DNA from: a virus
Lineage: Duplodnaviria > Caudoviricetes
Length of the DNA: 64,000 nt
Direction: 5' to 3' (one strand)
IMG/VR virus record: IMGVR_UViG_3300029305_001452
Coordinates: 1 to 64,000 of that record
Part shown: positions 49,056 to 58,049 of the stretch, piece by piece
Position numbering within the stretch: the first letter of the stretch is position 1
Layout: each line of letters begins with the position of its first letter
Notes under the pieces: generated by a model
What the model saw: only the letters and a program-made list of their open reading frames with translations
Databases searched by the model: none
Told to the model about the DNA's origin: nothing
Program-made: the position numbers and the translations under genes

Positions 49056-50363
49056 ATGCAGAAGACAGATTTAAGGGAAAAATGGGGTTGTTATTGTGAC
49101 ACCGATAAACTGGTGGACGATGTTATGGCATTGTTGTCTAGATATCATCATACAAACACAGAACACGGAGTTTGTGTAATGCTAAATGAGTATTTTGAGC
49201 ACAAGCAACCCCTCATTGATATGTTCGAGAAATCTAAAACATATATTGGCGATATGAGAATTGTCATAGATGTAGAGCTTGAAAGAACGATTGATGGGCG
49301 CGAGTTAAGAAATTTCTGTAATAATTTTCCCGCAGATGTAAACGCTGAACATGTATTTTTAAAGTTTACTGACGAAAACGGAAAGACACTTCAAGACTAT
49401 TTGAAAGTGGGAGTTGGAGGATTTAAAGCAAAAGATCTCAGAAATATCGATCTTGTTACAAAACTCAAAGCGTGTGCGGAAAATCAAGGGAAGTTTCATG
49501 CAGACGGATGTACAAAAGAATCCTATGGTAAATTTATAGACTTCGGTGATATGATTTGTTCTTTCGGATATAACCCCGCGTCTACACTGAACGACGAACT
49601 TGCTAATTGTTTGACACAAGCCAAAATTAATGCTACATTTGTACGGGGAATGAAAACAAGTCGTGCGTTTAATCGTTTCTGTGCCGCATATGGTGTAGAT
49701 AAACTGCCGAACTATAATAAGCTATTTGCCCAGTATGCAGACATGGTGTCTGGTCTGAAACGGAAAATGAAGTTTTATATCAGCCTAAATCCCTTGGATT
49801 ATCTGACAATGAGTTTCGGTAACTCTTGGGCGAGCTGTCATACAATCGATAAGAGAAACGAGCGGCGTATGCCTAATGATTATGAGGGCATGTACTGCGG
49901 TGGCACCATGTCCTATATGTTGGATAGCACCTCTATCATCACATATGTGCACAACAATGCAACAACAGATGTTGAGGTTGGTAAGATTTACAGAAATATG
50001 TTCCACTATAACGAGGGAACTTTAATTCAGGGCAGAATCTATCCTCAGGGAAATGATGGCGCAACGGATTTGTATCAAACCTTTAGAGAGGTTGTACAGG
50101 AAGAGTTCTCTAAATTGCTGAATTTGCAGAACAACTCTTGGATTAAGAGAACCTGTGGTTGTCATGACAATGCACTAACTTGTGGTGTGCATTACGAAGA
50201 CTACTTCCATTATTCTGGATGTAATGTGTCTTATCCTAGAGAAATGCCTCTTGCTGGTAGCCATGTTGTAAACATTGGCAGTCAGAGAGTTTGCCCCAAG
50301 TGTGGAGAATATATCTCTGACGGTTATAACAGAGGCAGATTAGTACACGATTATTGTGAATAA
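49056..50363 (+). CDS. Paralogue of 45316..46890 (SWASCH-motif protein)
   Basis: SLNPLDYLTMSFGNSWASCHTIDK, GTMSYMLD, R.MFHY, GRIYPQ shared. Confidence 0.75.
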   Translation: MQKTDLREKWGCYCDTDKLVDDVMALLSRYHHTNTEHGVCVMLNEYFEHKQPLIDMFEKSKTYIGDMRIVIDVELERTIDGRELRNFCNNFPADVNAEHVFLKFTDENGKTLQDYLKVGVGGFKAKDLRNIDLVTKLKACAENQGKFHADGCTKESYGKFIDFGDMICSFGYNPASTLNDELANCLTQAKINATFVRGMKTSRAFNRFCAAYGVDKLPNYNKLFAQYADMVSGLKRKMKFYISLNPLDYLTMSFGNSWASCHTIDKRNERRMPNDYEGMYCGGTMSYMLDSTSIITYVHNNATTDVEVGKIYRNMFHYNEGTLIQGRIYPQGNDGATDLYQTFREVVQEEFSKLLNLQNNSWIKRTCGCHDNALTCGVHYEDYFHYSGCNVSYPREMPLAGSHVVNIGSQRVCPKCGEYISDGYNRGRLVHDYCE

Positions 50364-50382
50364 TTATTAAGGAGGAATAAAT

Positions 50383-50793
50383 ATGAGCGTATCAAGAGTC
50401 GACAAAAAGAAAGAAGCCATAAAAAGAATGGAGGTGTTAGACATCTATTCAGAAACTATAAGGCAATTCGAGTATGAGGGTCTTATAAGTTATAGTGAGC
50501 CACCGCTTGGTACAAACTACTGGCTGACAGAAGAGCGAAGAGAGATCGTGAAGAAGTTTGAAGAAGAACATAACGCACTTGTATACTTCGCAGCTACTTC
50601 TTATACGGAGTTTGGTAGATTGGATGCGTTCTTATATGTGTCCGACTACGAGGATGAATGGAAGGAAGACATGGAATATCTGAAAGATGGATATGTATAC
50701 GCATATGTATACAACTATGACTGTCCTGAGTTTTCTGAAATTGGTCTTGTAAGAGTTCAGCCGAGATTTGGCGGACTTGTAAGAATTGGTTAA
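50383..50793 (+). CDS. Conserved hypothetical phage protein
   Basis: FEEEHNALVY..LYVS....EW..YAYVYN..SEIG. Confidence 0.7.
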   Translation: MSVSRVDKKKEAIKRMEVLDIYSETIRQFEYEGLISYSEPPLGTNYWLTEERREIVKKFEEEHNALVYFAATSYTEFGRLDAFLYVSDYEDEWKEDMEYLKDGYVYAYVYNYDCPEFSEIGLVRVQPRFGGLVRIG

Positions 50794-50826
50794 ACAATAC
50801 AAAATTAATAATTGGAGGTATGTGTT

Positions 50827-51363
50827 ATGTCAATCGAAAAAATCAGAGAGTTAAACAAAATCGCAACACAAATGGAGGAGATGAAATCTAAAGCAATCAG
50901 AGAAGTTACTGATGGAAAAGAGTTAAGAATCCAGGCGTTAAAGAAAATCCAAGCATATCTTAAAGAACTTAGCAAGGCAACTGAGGGGTGTTGTTGGACA
51001 GCAGAAACTCCTATCACAATCTATTGGTTGGTCAAGCAATATGAAATTGGAACTAGATATCATAAAACAGGTGTATGTTTTAGATTCCGTTCAGATGGAA
51101 CTGTAAATATTGAACAGCCAGCAGCAGCATCTAGTTTGAGAATTACAAACTTCACAAATTTAACGGAGTTTGGAAGAGTATATCAAGACAGCACTTTCCG
51201 CTGGGAAGATGGCATGGTTGAACTCATCGACAAATGGAAAGAAATCAAGCCGTATATTGAGGAAGCTGCTGAAAAAGCTATGCTTGAACGCATGACAAAG
51301 GCACAAGAAGAGCTTGCAAATTTCAAGGCAAGTTATGAAAACATAGCAAATTTTGAAGTGTAA
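50827..51363 (+). CDS. Hypothetical coiled-coil protein
   Basis: GGAGG RBS before MSIEK. Confidence 0.65.
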   Translation: MSIEKIRELNKIATQMEEMKSKAIREVTDGKELRIQALKKIQAYLKELSKATEGCCWTAETPITIYWLVKQYEIGTRYHKTGVCFRFRSDGTVNIEQPAAASSLRITNFTNLTEFGRVYQDSTFRWEDGMVELIDKWKEIKPYIEEAAEKAMLERMTKAQEELANFKASYENIANFEV

Positions 51364-51379
51364 TAAGGAGGTAAGCATT

Positions 51380-52027
51380 ATGAAAAAGAAAATTTATGTA
51401 TGTCCTAATTGTGGTAGAGCATTAAATTTCTCCGAAGATGCAAATTACACTTTCTACTGTGGTGATTGTGGAGATTATTTCCACGAATATGAGGCAGCAA
51501 CGGAAGAACAGGCTAGAATGGAGGGGATTGTAGACTATACTGATCTTGCCAAGGCGTCTATGGAAATCAAAGCAATCACAGACAAGGCAATTAAAGAAAA
51601 TGAAAGGCAGGTTGAAATCAAGAGCAAAGATATTCTTGGGCAGGTTCTTGAATATATCAGTGAAACTATTCAGCCTATCTTAGATTCTGGAATGTATAAA
51701 GAACCGAAATTTATAGATTGTGCTAGAATTTACACTAGCAATTTTGAGCTTAGTTTTGGTAGATATATTCCAAACAACAAGGAACATCAAGCACAATTAT
51801 TCGGACGAAATGGAAATTTGCGTGTTTATTTCCATATTACCGATAGGTATTTGATTGATAATGTGGTTACCGGAGTTACTCCTTATCTTGTTCAAGATTG
51901 GCAAAAGTTAAAGGATTCTATGCACAGAATGATTCCTTATGCAATCGATGAGTGCAACAAGGCAAACCAAAAGAAACTCGAACAGCAAAGAGAAAAAGAA
52001 CAAATCATCAACAGTTTCAGACTGTAA
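51380..52027 (+). CDS. Zn-ribbon plus coiled-coil hypothetical protein
   Basis: AAGGAGG RBS; CPNC..CGDC. Confidence 0.65.
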   Translation: MKKKIYVCPNCGRALNFSEDANYTFYCGDCGDYFHEYEAATEEQARMEGIVDYTDLAKASMEIKAITDKAIKENERQVEIKSKDILGQVLEYISETIQPILDSGMYKEPKFIDCARIYTSNFELSFGRYIPNNKEHQAQLFGRNGNLRVYFHITDRYLIDNVVTGVTPYLVQDWQKLKDSMHRMIPYAIDECNKANQKKLEQQREKEQIINSFRL

Positions 52028-52045
52028 TACAAGGAGGTAAATATT

Positions 52046-52633
52046 ATGGCAAGTATTAACGGAATTACAGTAAAGGCAATCAAGCAGTTTAGGGGTCACG
52101 AGGGTGAACCCCTATACCAAGGAAATGTGTATCTTGGCAACAAGAAAATTGGATGGTGGTCACAGGATTCTCACGGTGGTTGCGATAACATCTGCCTTGA
52201 CAAGCCGTATAGAGTCAGAAAGCTCGAAGAAAAAGTAAAAATGCTCAACCGAGATAAAGAAAAAACATATTCTAGAGGTGACGGTAGCAAATATACCATC
52301 GACTATTCTCTAGATATTATGTTTGGAGAGCTGATGGTGATGTACACAGACGAAAAAATGTTTAAGAGTGCCATCAAAAACGGATACGCTGGATTACTTC
52401 TTGTAACCGATGGATATCATGCATTTGGTCTGTACTTAAATAGAGAAATCGTTGGATTGCCTAATGAAGTTGTTTGCATGAAGCTTTCCAAGCTGATTGA
52501 AGACGGCAAAAAGAAATATGGGTTCTACAAGGAAAGCGACTTTACCAAGCATGAAATTAAAGTCTATCGTAGTCTTGATGATTTTAACATCGGCACACAA
52601 ATTAAACTTGAAGATGTAATGGAGGATAAATAA
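52046..52633 (+). CDS. Hypothetical protein
   Basis: MASINGITVK..F.GHEG..GNVY..QDSHGG. Confidence 0.7.
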   Translation: MASINGITVKAIKQFRGHEGEPLYQGNVYLGNKKIGWWSQDSHGGCDNICLDKPYRVRKLEEKVKMLNRDKEKTYSRGDGSKYTIDYSLDIMFGELMVMYTDEKMFKSAIKNGYAGLLLVTDGYHAFGLYLNREIVGLPNEVVCMKLSKLIEDGKKKYGFYKESDFTKHEIKVYRSLDDFNIGTQIKLEDVMEDK

Positions 52634-52634
52634 T

Positions 52635-53003
52635 ATGGGTTACGAAAGCAAGTTGTATGTAGTAGAAAAGGCAAATAGATATATGAATGAGGATATGAGA
52701 TATTGCCAAGTGATTGCGATGTTTGATCTTTGCAAATTCTATCCGTTATCTTGCAATATCAGCCATTACCCCAAAACAGAATGCTACTTCTATGCTGATG
52801 ATGGAAATACAAAGGTTTTAGAAGACAAATATGGCGAACCGTTGAAGGAAATTCCTATCGAGGATGTGATTGATATTCTCGAAGAAAATCTTTATAACGG
52901 AAGTGATTATAGAAGAATCTATCCCATACTTTCTATGTTGAAAGAATTCGAGCGTAAAAAGAACCAATGGGGTGAACTTGCCGTATTACATTACGGATAT
53001 TAA
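52635..53003 (+). CDS. Hypothetical protein
   Basis: MGYESKLY..LHYGY; GGAGG RBS. Confidence 0.7.
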   Translation: MGYESKLYVVEKANRYMNEDMRYCQVIAMFDLCKFYPLSCNISHYPKTECYFYADDGNTKVLEDKYGEPLKEIPIEDVIDILEENLYNGSDYRRIYPILSMLKEFERKKNQWGELAVLHYGY

Positions 53004-53056
53004 ATAATATAAAATTAAGCTGACCTATCGGCTATACGGGGAGAAAGGAAAACATT

Positions 53057-53347
53057 ATGACCAACAAAGAATTCCAAACCAAACTCCAGGCTCTGTACGA
53101 TAAACATCCGATGATTGCAAAAAGTGAAAAGAAAACCGTAAACGAACTTTTCTATGTGCTTCGTATGGACAAGGAAAACGACTACAACATCAATGTAATT
53201 GACAGAGGTTTTGTTTCTAGTATTGTATCTGTAAAGGAATGTTTTATTCCTGTGAGGCTTCTTATGAAGCATGTGAAAAAGGTAGAATGTGACGAAGAAG
53301 ATTATGGTTGCAAGGAAATTTGTCTTACACTTGTAACAGAAAAGTAA
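53057..53347 (+). CDS. Hypothetical protein
   Basis: AAAGGA RBS. Confidence 0.6.
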   Translation: MTNKEFQTKLQALYDKHPMIAKSEKKTVNELFYVLRMDKENDYNINVIDRGFVSSIVSVKECFIPVRLLMKHVKKVECDEEDYGCKEICLTLVTEK

Positions 53348-53360
53348 GGGAGGAAGATTT

Positions 53361-53729
53361 ATGATTCAAAACATTAAATTCATCAACAGAATTACAGACG
53401 AAATCAACAGAGAAAAGGTTATACTTGGTGACTGTGTTTACTATGTACTAGGTAATGGAAACAGAGTTAAAGCATACTGTGAGGAGCAGGGTGTGAGAAT
53501 GGAAGTTATTAACAGAAAGGAGGGTAAGGTAGACGGTGTGTGGTTGCCGTTTAGGAATTATTTCCAACCTACACAATGTAGCTCCGGCGCTCCTATGTGG
53601 TATCAGCACATTGATCATGGTAAATGGTATTTCTCTCAAACATATACACATGTGCTGCCTAAGGCAAGTGACTACAAGAATTTGGCAAATGCTATGGAAA
53701 CATATATAAGGATGTTTGATTCTCGTTAA
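53361..53729 (+). CDS. Hypothetical protein
   Basis: GGAGG RBS. Confidence 0.65.
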   Translation: MIQNIKFINRITDEINREKVILGDCVYYVLGNGNRVKAYCEEQGVRMEVINRKEGKVDGVWLPFRNYFQPTQCSSGAPMWYQHIDHGKWYFSQTYTHVLPKASDYKNLANAMETYIRMFDSR

Positions 53730-53743
53730 ATGGAGGGGTATAT

Positions 53744-54082
53744 ATGATGCACGAACAAGTAAGAAAACAACTTGAACATTTAAAGTATTGGGTGAATGCA
53801 GAGTCAAAATACGAAGAAGATTGTGAAAGGTGGGGAATTCCGTATACCCCATCAAGAAGAAAATGGGAAGATATTGAACTTTATGAAGAGTACAAGAGAG
53901 AAGTCGAAAAGAACGGCGATAAAAATCTTCTCGTTATGGTAAAGATGAACGGAGATGGTATGTATGGTGTATATCCGTTTGCAAGAAGATATGTGCATGA
54001 GCCTTATCTTGTGCATAGAACTGAACATGGTGCTGAGGTGTTGGTTAGAGAAGACGAAGTAAAAGTAGTAAAGGTGCATTAA
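53744..54082 (+). CDS. Hypothetical protein
   Basis: GGAGG RBS. Confidence 0.6.
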   Translation: MMHEQVRKQLEHLKYWVNAESKYEEDCERWGIPYTPSRRKWEDIELYEEYKREVEKNGDKNLLVMVKMNGDGMYGVYPFARRYVHEPYLVHRTEHGAEVLVREDEVKVVKVH

Positions 54083-54112
54083 AAGGATAATTTTATTATG
54101 GAGGATTTGATT

Positions 54113-54343
54113 ATGACAGTTAGAGAACTGATTGATATGTTGGAAAACTTTGATGATGATATGGAAGTTAGAATTGGTATGCAACAGACTTATGGTACTG
54201 ATTTTGCAATGAGTATCAGAGATGTTGAAGAATACAATGTAATGGCTTTCTATGGAGAAGATTACAAAGCCGTTGTAATCACAGAGGGTAGACAATGTGG
54301 TGCAGTTGATTATGACGGAGAGCATGACGATTGGGAAGATTAA
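54113..54343 (+). CDS. Hypothetical protein (MTVRELIDML type)
   Basis: GGAGG RBS. Confidence 0.65.
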   Translation: MTVRELIDMLENFDDDMEVRIGMQQTYGTDFAMSIRDVEEYNVMAFYGEDYKAVVITEGRQCGAVDYDGEHDDWED

Positions 54344-54368
54344 AAAGATAATTTTGTGAGGTGTGATT

Positions 54369-54533
54369 ATGTCTATAGAAGAATTTAAAACATATCTTGA
54401 TATGATTGTAGAGAAGGCTTTTAAGGAAGGTGTTCTTTATGAGCGGAACAGAAGAAAGTTTGGCTATGACGAAAATTGGATTGCAATGGAAATGGCTATT
54501 GACAATGCGAAGGTAAATATTCTTGGTGAATAA
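54369..54533 (+). CDS. Small hypothetical protein
   Basis: GAGGTG RBS; below the ORF-track cutoff. Confidence 0.5.
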   Translation: MSIEEFKTYLDMIVEKAFKEGVLYERNRRKFGYDENWIAMEMAIDNAKVNILGE

Positions 54534-54547
54534 GTGGGGGGTTTTAT

Positions 54548-54772
54548 ATGAGAGTTATTTCTACTACTGATTTGAGTGATTATGGAAACGATTGTTATAT
54601 CCATAAATCTGTAAGCCTTGTTGAAGATTTTGGAATGTACAATATCCTAACCGTAGAGAAGGTTGTTGGTTGGTGCGAAAGAGAACAGATGTACCTTATG
54701 GCTGATACTACTTGCAATTTTGATAAGGCAAAGTGGATATACAAGCAAAAGGGTGGCATTTTGGAAGAATAA
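54548..54772 (+). CDS. Hypothetical protein
   Basis: ORF in array. Confidence 0.6.
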   Translation: MRVISTTDLSDYGNDCYIHKSVSLVEDFGMYNILTVEKVVGWCEREQMYLMADTTCNFDKAKWIYKQKGGILEE

Positions 54773-54799
54773 AATGACGATTTTAATGGGGAAATATAT

Positions 54800-55000
54800 A
54801 TGATTAGATTAAATAGTGTTGGTATGGAAAGAATTGAGCAAATTCAAGATAAATACAGATTTAAAAACAATTTTGAACTTGAAGCACACGAAGTATATGA
54901 TTTTTGTAATGATATTATGAAAGCATATTATCTTGGGTTGTGTATGGACGAAGAAGATTTAGAGTTTGTAGAAATGGTGTTGGAAAAGATGTGTGAGTAA
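54800..55000 (+). CDS. Hypothetical protein
   Basis: ORF bounded by repeat sites. Confidence 0.6.
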   Translation: MIRLNSVGMERIEQIQDKYRFKNNFELEAHEVYDFCNDIMKAYYLGLCMDEEDLEFVEMVLEKMCE

Positions 55001-55036
55001 CCACATAAAAGAGTGATTTTAACGGAGGTTTTATAG

Positions 55037-55243
55037 ATGAAAAGAACTGTTACAATTACATTCAAAGACGGAAATAAAGTTACAGTCGAACCGAAAGTAG
55101 ACTGTTTTGGACTTTTCTATTTGGATAACGGAATGGCATTTAGTGTTAATGGTGGAATCTTATATAAAGAAAAGGGTAATGTTATTTGTGGTGAGGATAT
55201 CACAGATACGGTAGATGCAATTGAAATATCTATGAAGTATTAA
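55037..55243 (+). CDS. Hypothetical protein
   Basis: GGAGG RBS. Confidence 0.6.
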   Translation: MKRTVTITFKDGNKVTVEPKVDCFGLFYLDNGMAFSVNGGILYKEKGNVICGEDITDTVDAIEISMKY

Positions 55244-55263
55244 ACACATAAAGGAGGATTACA

Positions 55264-55497
55264 ATGAAATACAAATTAACAGTATATGATAATGAAAGCA
55301 GTATTACTTATGAATTTAATAATGCAGATGAAATTATTAGACAAATTGAAAGCATTAAAGGAGATGAAGAAGAACAGAAGGTCGAAGTTAAACAAGGCCA
55401 TACAAGACCTCTTACACCTTATGAGCGTTGTAGAAACGCTGTATATGCAACCGGCAACAGATGGGCAATTGAAAATTTTAATGCAACACATTCTTAA
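55264..55497 (+). CDS. Hypothetical protein
   Basis: AGGAGG RBS; VYATGNRWAIENFNATH. Confidence 0.65.
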   Translation: MKYKLTVYDNESSITYEFNNADEIIRQIESIKGDEEEQKVEVKQGHTRPLTPYERCRNAVYATGNRWAIENFNATHS

Positions 55498-55512
55498 ACG
55501 GAGGTAATGTAA

Positions 55513-55812
55513 ATGAAGTACGAAAAGAAAATTTTAATCTCTCAAAAAGAAGCAGACCATATTAACTGGTTGTTTAATATGGCAAACGAGATGGGTGAAG
55601 ATGATACTATTTCTCACACAGCGAAGTTTGACAACGGTATTGAGGTTGATGTTAAGTTGTGCGGTGTAGATGATGGTTATCCATGGACAGAAGCCGTAAT
55701 GTTTAAAAATGGAAGTGAGGTGTGTTGTACAGAGGTTTGTGAAGAATACTTGGGTGAATGGGAGTTTGAATATAACGGAGATCAATACATTGTATATGTG
55801 GAGGTAATGTAA
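55513..55812 (+). CDS. Hypothetical acidic protein
   Basis: GGAGG RBS; WTEAV.F..G.EV. Confidence 0.65.
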   Translation: MKYEKKILISQKEADHINWLFNMANEMGEDDTISHTAKFDNGIEVDVKLCGVDDGYPWTEAVMFKNGSEVCCTEVCEEYLGEWEFEYNGDQYIVYVEVM

Positions 55813-56028
55813 ATGAAAACTTTGGCAGAACAACTCTTTGAAGATATGGGTAAGCCTCGTGGACTTGCCATTATGATTCTCGACATCTTTGAGGATATGC
55901 TAGATGAAAAGGGAATTATGATTCCAGATGATGACCGTATGGGTGATGAAGGTGAAGCATGTCTTTACGGATGCACCTATGGTGATTTAGAAGAAGAAAT
56001 CACATATCTGTTAGAAAAATATATGTAA
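55813..56028 (+). CDS. Hypothetical acidic protein
   Basis: DIFED.L..KGI.IP.DDR..LYG..YG. Confidence 0.65.
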   Translation: MKTLAEQLFEDMGKPRGLAIMILDIFEDMLDEKGIMIPDDDRMGDEGEACLYGCTYGDLEEEITYLLEKYM

Positions 56029-56046
56029 TATAAGGAGGAAACGAAA

Positions 56047-56451
56047 ATGAGAAAAACAAGATTTGTCATAGACACAAATGAACAAACCTATGAAGGATAC
56101 ACAGACGGAAGGCGTTGGAACGGATGGGAATGCCCTTGGTTCACAAAGGAAGTTGCAGATGAAATGATGCGAGATTTAAACAAGGAAGGAGTTGAAGCTA
56201 AATATGATTCAGAAACAGATTCTTATATCATCGAAGTAGAGTGCTATGACGAGCCAGATGTATTCGATGGTGCCGATGTAGAAACAGAAGATGGTCCAAT
56301 GCATTTGTATCCTATTGGTGCTTGGTGCTGGATTTGGGATGAAGTAGTAAATGATAAAGACGAAGAGTATATTCCATCTGCAGAAAATGGAGATTACAGT
56401 CCAAGCAATCCGTGGGATGCACCCGGAATGAATATATGGGATTTTATTTAA
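56047..56451 (+). CDS. Hypothetical acidic protein
   Basis: WNGWECPWF..YPIG..W.W; C-terminal PSA..GDYSPSNPWDAPGM. Confidence 0.7.
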   Translation: MRKTRFVIDTNEQTYEGYTDGRRWNGWECPWFTKEVADEMMRDLNKEGVEAKYDSETDSYIIEVECYDEPDVFDGADVETEDGPMHLYPIGAWCWIWDEVVNDKDEEYIPSAENGDYSPSNPWDAPGMNIWDFI

Positions 56452-56464
56452 GGAGGTATACACA

Positions 56465-56767
56465 ATGAGCATTAAACACAAAACAAACGGAATTGACCTA
56501 ATCAGAGCCAACGGTGAGGTAATCAGCCTCACCCTTGATGAAGCATATGAAATCTATCATGAGATGTTTTTACAAAACATTAAAGAGTCTGTAATTTACT
56601 TTATCGAACACATCGATGAGGAAGATTGGCCTTTTGAAACCACAAAGGAAGAGGTGATTGCAGATAAAGAATTGATAGAAGACATTATGTATGATATCAA
56701 TTACGAAGATATTAACTTAAATGATGAAGATCAGCTTTGGTATATGCTTGAAAGATATGTGAATTAA
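56465..56767 (+). CDS. Hypothetical acidic protein
   Basis: AAGGAGG RBS. Confidence 0.65.
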   Translation: MSIKHKTNGIDLIRANGEVISLTLDEAYEIYHEMFLQNIKESVIYFIEHIDEEDWPFETTKEEVIADKELIEDIMYDINYEDINLNDEDQLWYMLERYVN

Positions 56768-56773
56768 GGGAGG

Positions 56774-57142
56774 ATGAATAACATGAAGGTTAAATGTAAT
56801 TGGTGTGAAAGTATATTTAATGAAGACTACATTATAGAAAAGGACCATGAAGAGATGTGCCCTTGTTGTAAGAAAGTTGGCTATCTAGCCGATGTGAAAG
56901 AAACAGAAAACTATATTAAGTTTTCACAAGAAATCTTCAAAAAGATGTCTGTAAACGAATTGGTTTGGTTTGACAAAGTGGTTCAAGGTTTAAATCCTAG
57001 CATTCACTCAATTATAAAGTCAATTACAACAGAAAAGAAATGTCCTAGATGTGGAAAAACATTATACTGTAGTGATTTACCTGAATATGATTATGTTTGT
57101 GTAGAGTGTAATGAGAACTTTTATGAATGTGAGGTGGAATAA
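56774..57142 (+). CDS. Double Zn-ribbon protein
   Basis: CNWC..CPCC and CPRC..CVEC. Confidence 0.65.
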   Translation: MNNMKVKCNWCESIFNEDYIIEKDHEEMCPCCKKVGYLADVKETENYIKFSQEIFKKMSVNELVWFDKVVQGLNPSIHSIIKSITTEKKCPRCGKTLYCSDLPEYDYVCVECNENFYECEVE

Positions 57143-57143
57143 G

Positions 57144-57374
57144 ATGAACGAGTTTTTCAAAAAGATTGTAATGGAGACATACGCAAGCAAAACATATGGA
57201 AGAAAATTCACAGATAATATTGATGATGCCATTTGGGTGTATATCCCAGACGCAGAAACGGCAGAGCAGCTATCTGAATGGGCAAAGGAAAACTATTATC
57301 CTGCATTTGTTAATTGTGAGCCTGGACATTATTACTGGGATGAAGAAGACGAAACATTTTATAAGGAGGTATAA
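57144..57374 (+). CDS. Hypothetical protein
   Basis: GAGGTGG RBS before MNEFF. Confidence 0.6.
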   Translation: MNEFFKKIVMETYASKTYGRKFTDNIDDAIWVYIPDAETAEQLSEWAKENYYPAFVNCEPGHYYWDEEDETFYKEV

Positions 57375-57377
57375 ATT

Positions 57378-58049
57378 ATGAAAGGTACAGTTGAAAACAA
57401 GGGAGTTATTACTTTAGGTGCAAAGGTTATGGTGTCTGATCCGTGTTATGGATTGGGGACTTGGTGTCAGGGAGTTTTGGAAAATGTATTGCCTGGGCAA
57501 TATGATTGTAATGTCGAGTACAGCGATGAGGGAACTTGGGGAACAAGAGTATCTGCAATCGAAGTAACCCATGTAAATTATAAGACAGGCTCCCTGTTAT
57601 TACAGATGGAAGATTTTGAAGTCGGTGTTGATAGTGGACAGGCTGGTATTTTTGACTATGAGTATTATGCTAAGTATCATATGGATGCAACGGAAAGACC
57701 TCATGTAAATGATGATTGGTATGATATGGTGTGTGATTTAACACATACACATGTAAAAAATCCAGACTATGAAGAATTTTATTGGGAGAATGCATCTGAC
57801 ACCGTAGAAAATCTGTTAGCAAGATTTAAAGCATTTGAAGAATATAGACAAAGCATCAAGTCTGAGAAGTATTTGTATAAACTTGATGGTAATACAATTG
57901 ATAACCTTGGCTTTGTATCCTCTTCTGGATACGGAGATGGTGGATATTATTGTTGGACTACAAAGAACGAAGATGGAAAGATTGTTTCTATCAGAGTTGA
58001 ATTTATTGGTGAATATGACGAGGAGGAAGACGAGTATGAAGAAATTTAA
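57378..58049 (+). CDS. DUF4241-like protein
   Basis: VSDPCY, VGVDSGQAGIFD, SSGYGDGGY motifs. Confidence 0.7.
   Translation: MKGTVENKGVITLGAKVMVSDPCYGLGTWCQGVLENVLPGQYDCNVEYSDEGTWGTRVSAIEVTHVNYKTGSLLLQMEDFEVGVDSGQAGIFDYEYYAKYHMDATERPHVNDDWYDMVCDLTHTHVKNPDYEEFYWENASDTVENLLARFKAFEEYRQSIKSEKYLYKLDGNTIDNLGFVSSSGYGDGGYYCWTTKNEDGKIVSIRVEFIGEYDEEEDEYEEI

Larger units (their letters stand above)
54080..55021. repeat. Second cluster of TAAAA-N6-TTTTR sites at gene junctions (54080, 54341, 54770, 55006)
   Basis: Three of the four begin with the TAA stop of the upstream gene; all precede an RBS. Confidence 0.8.
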
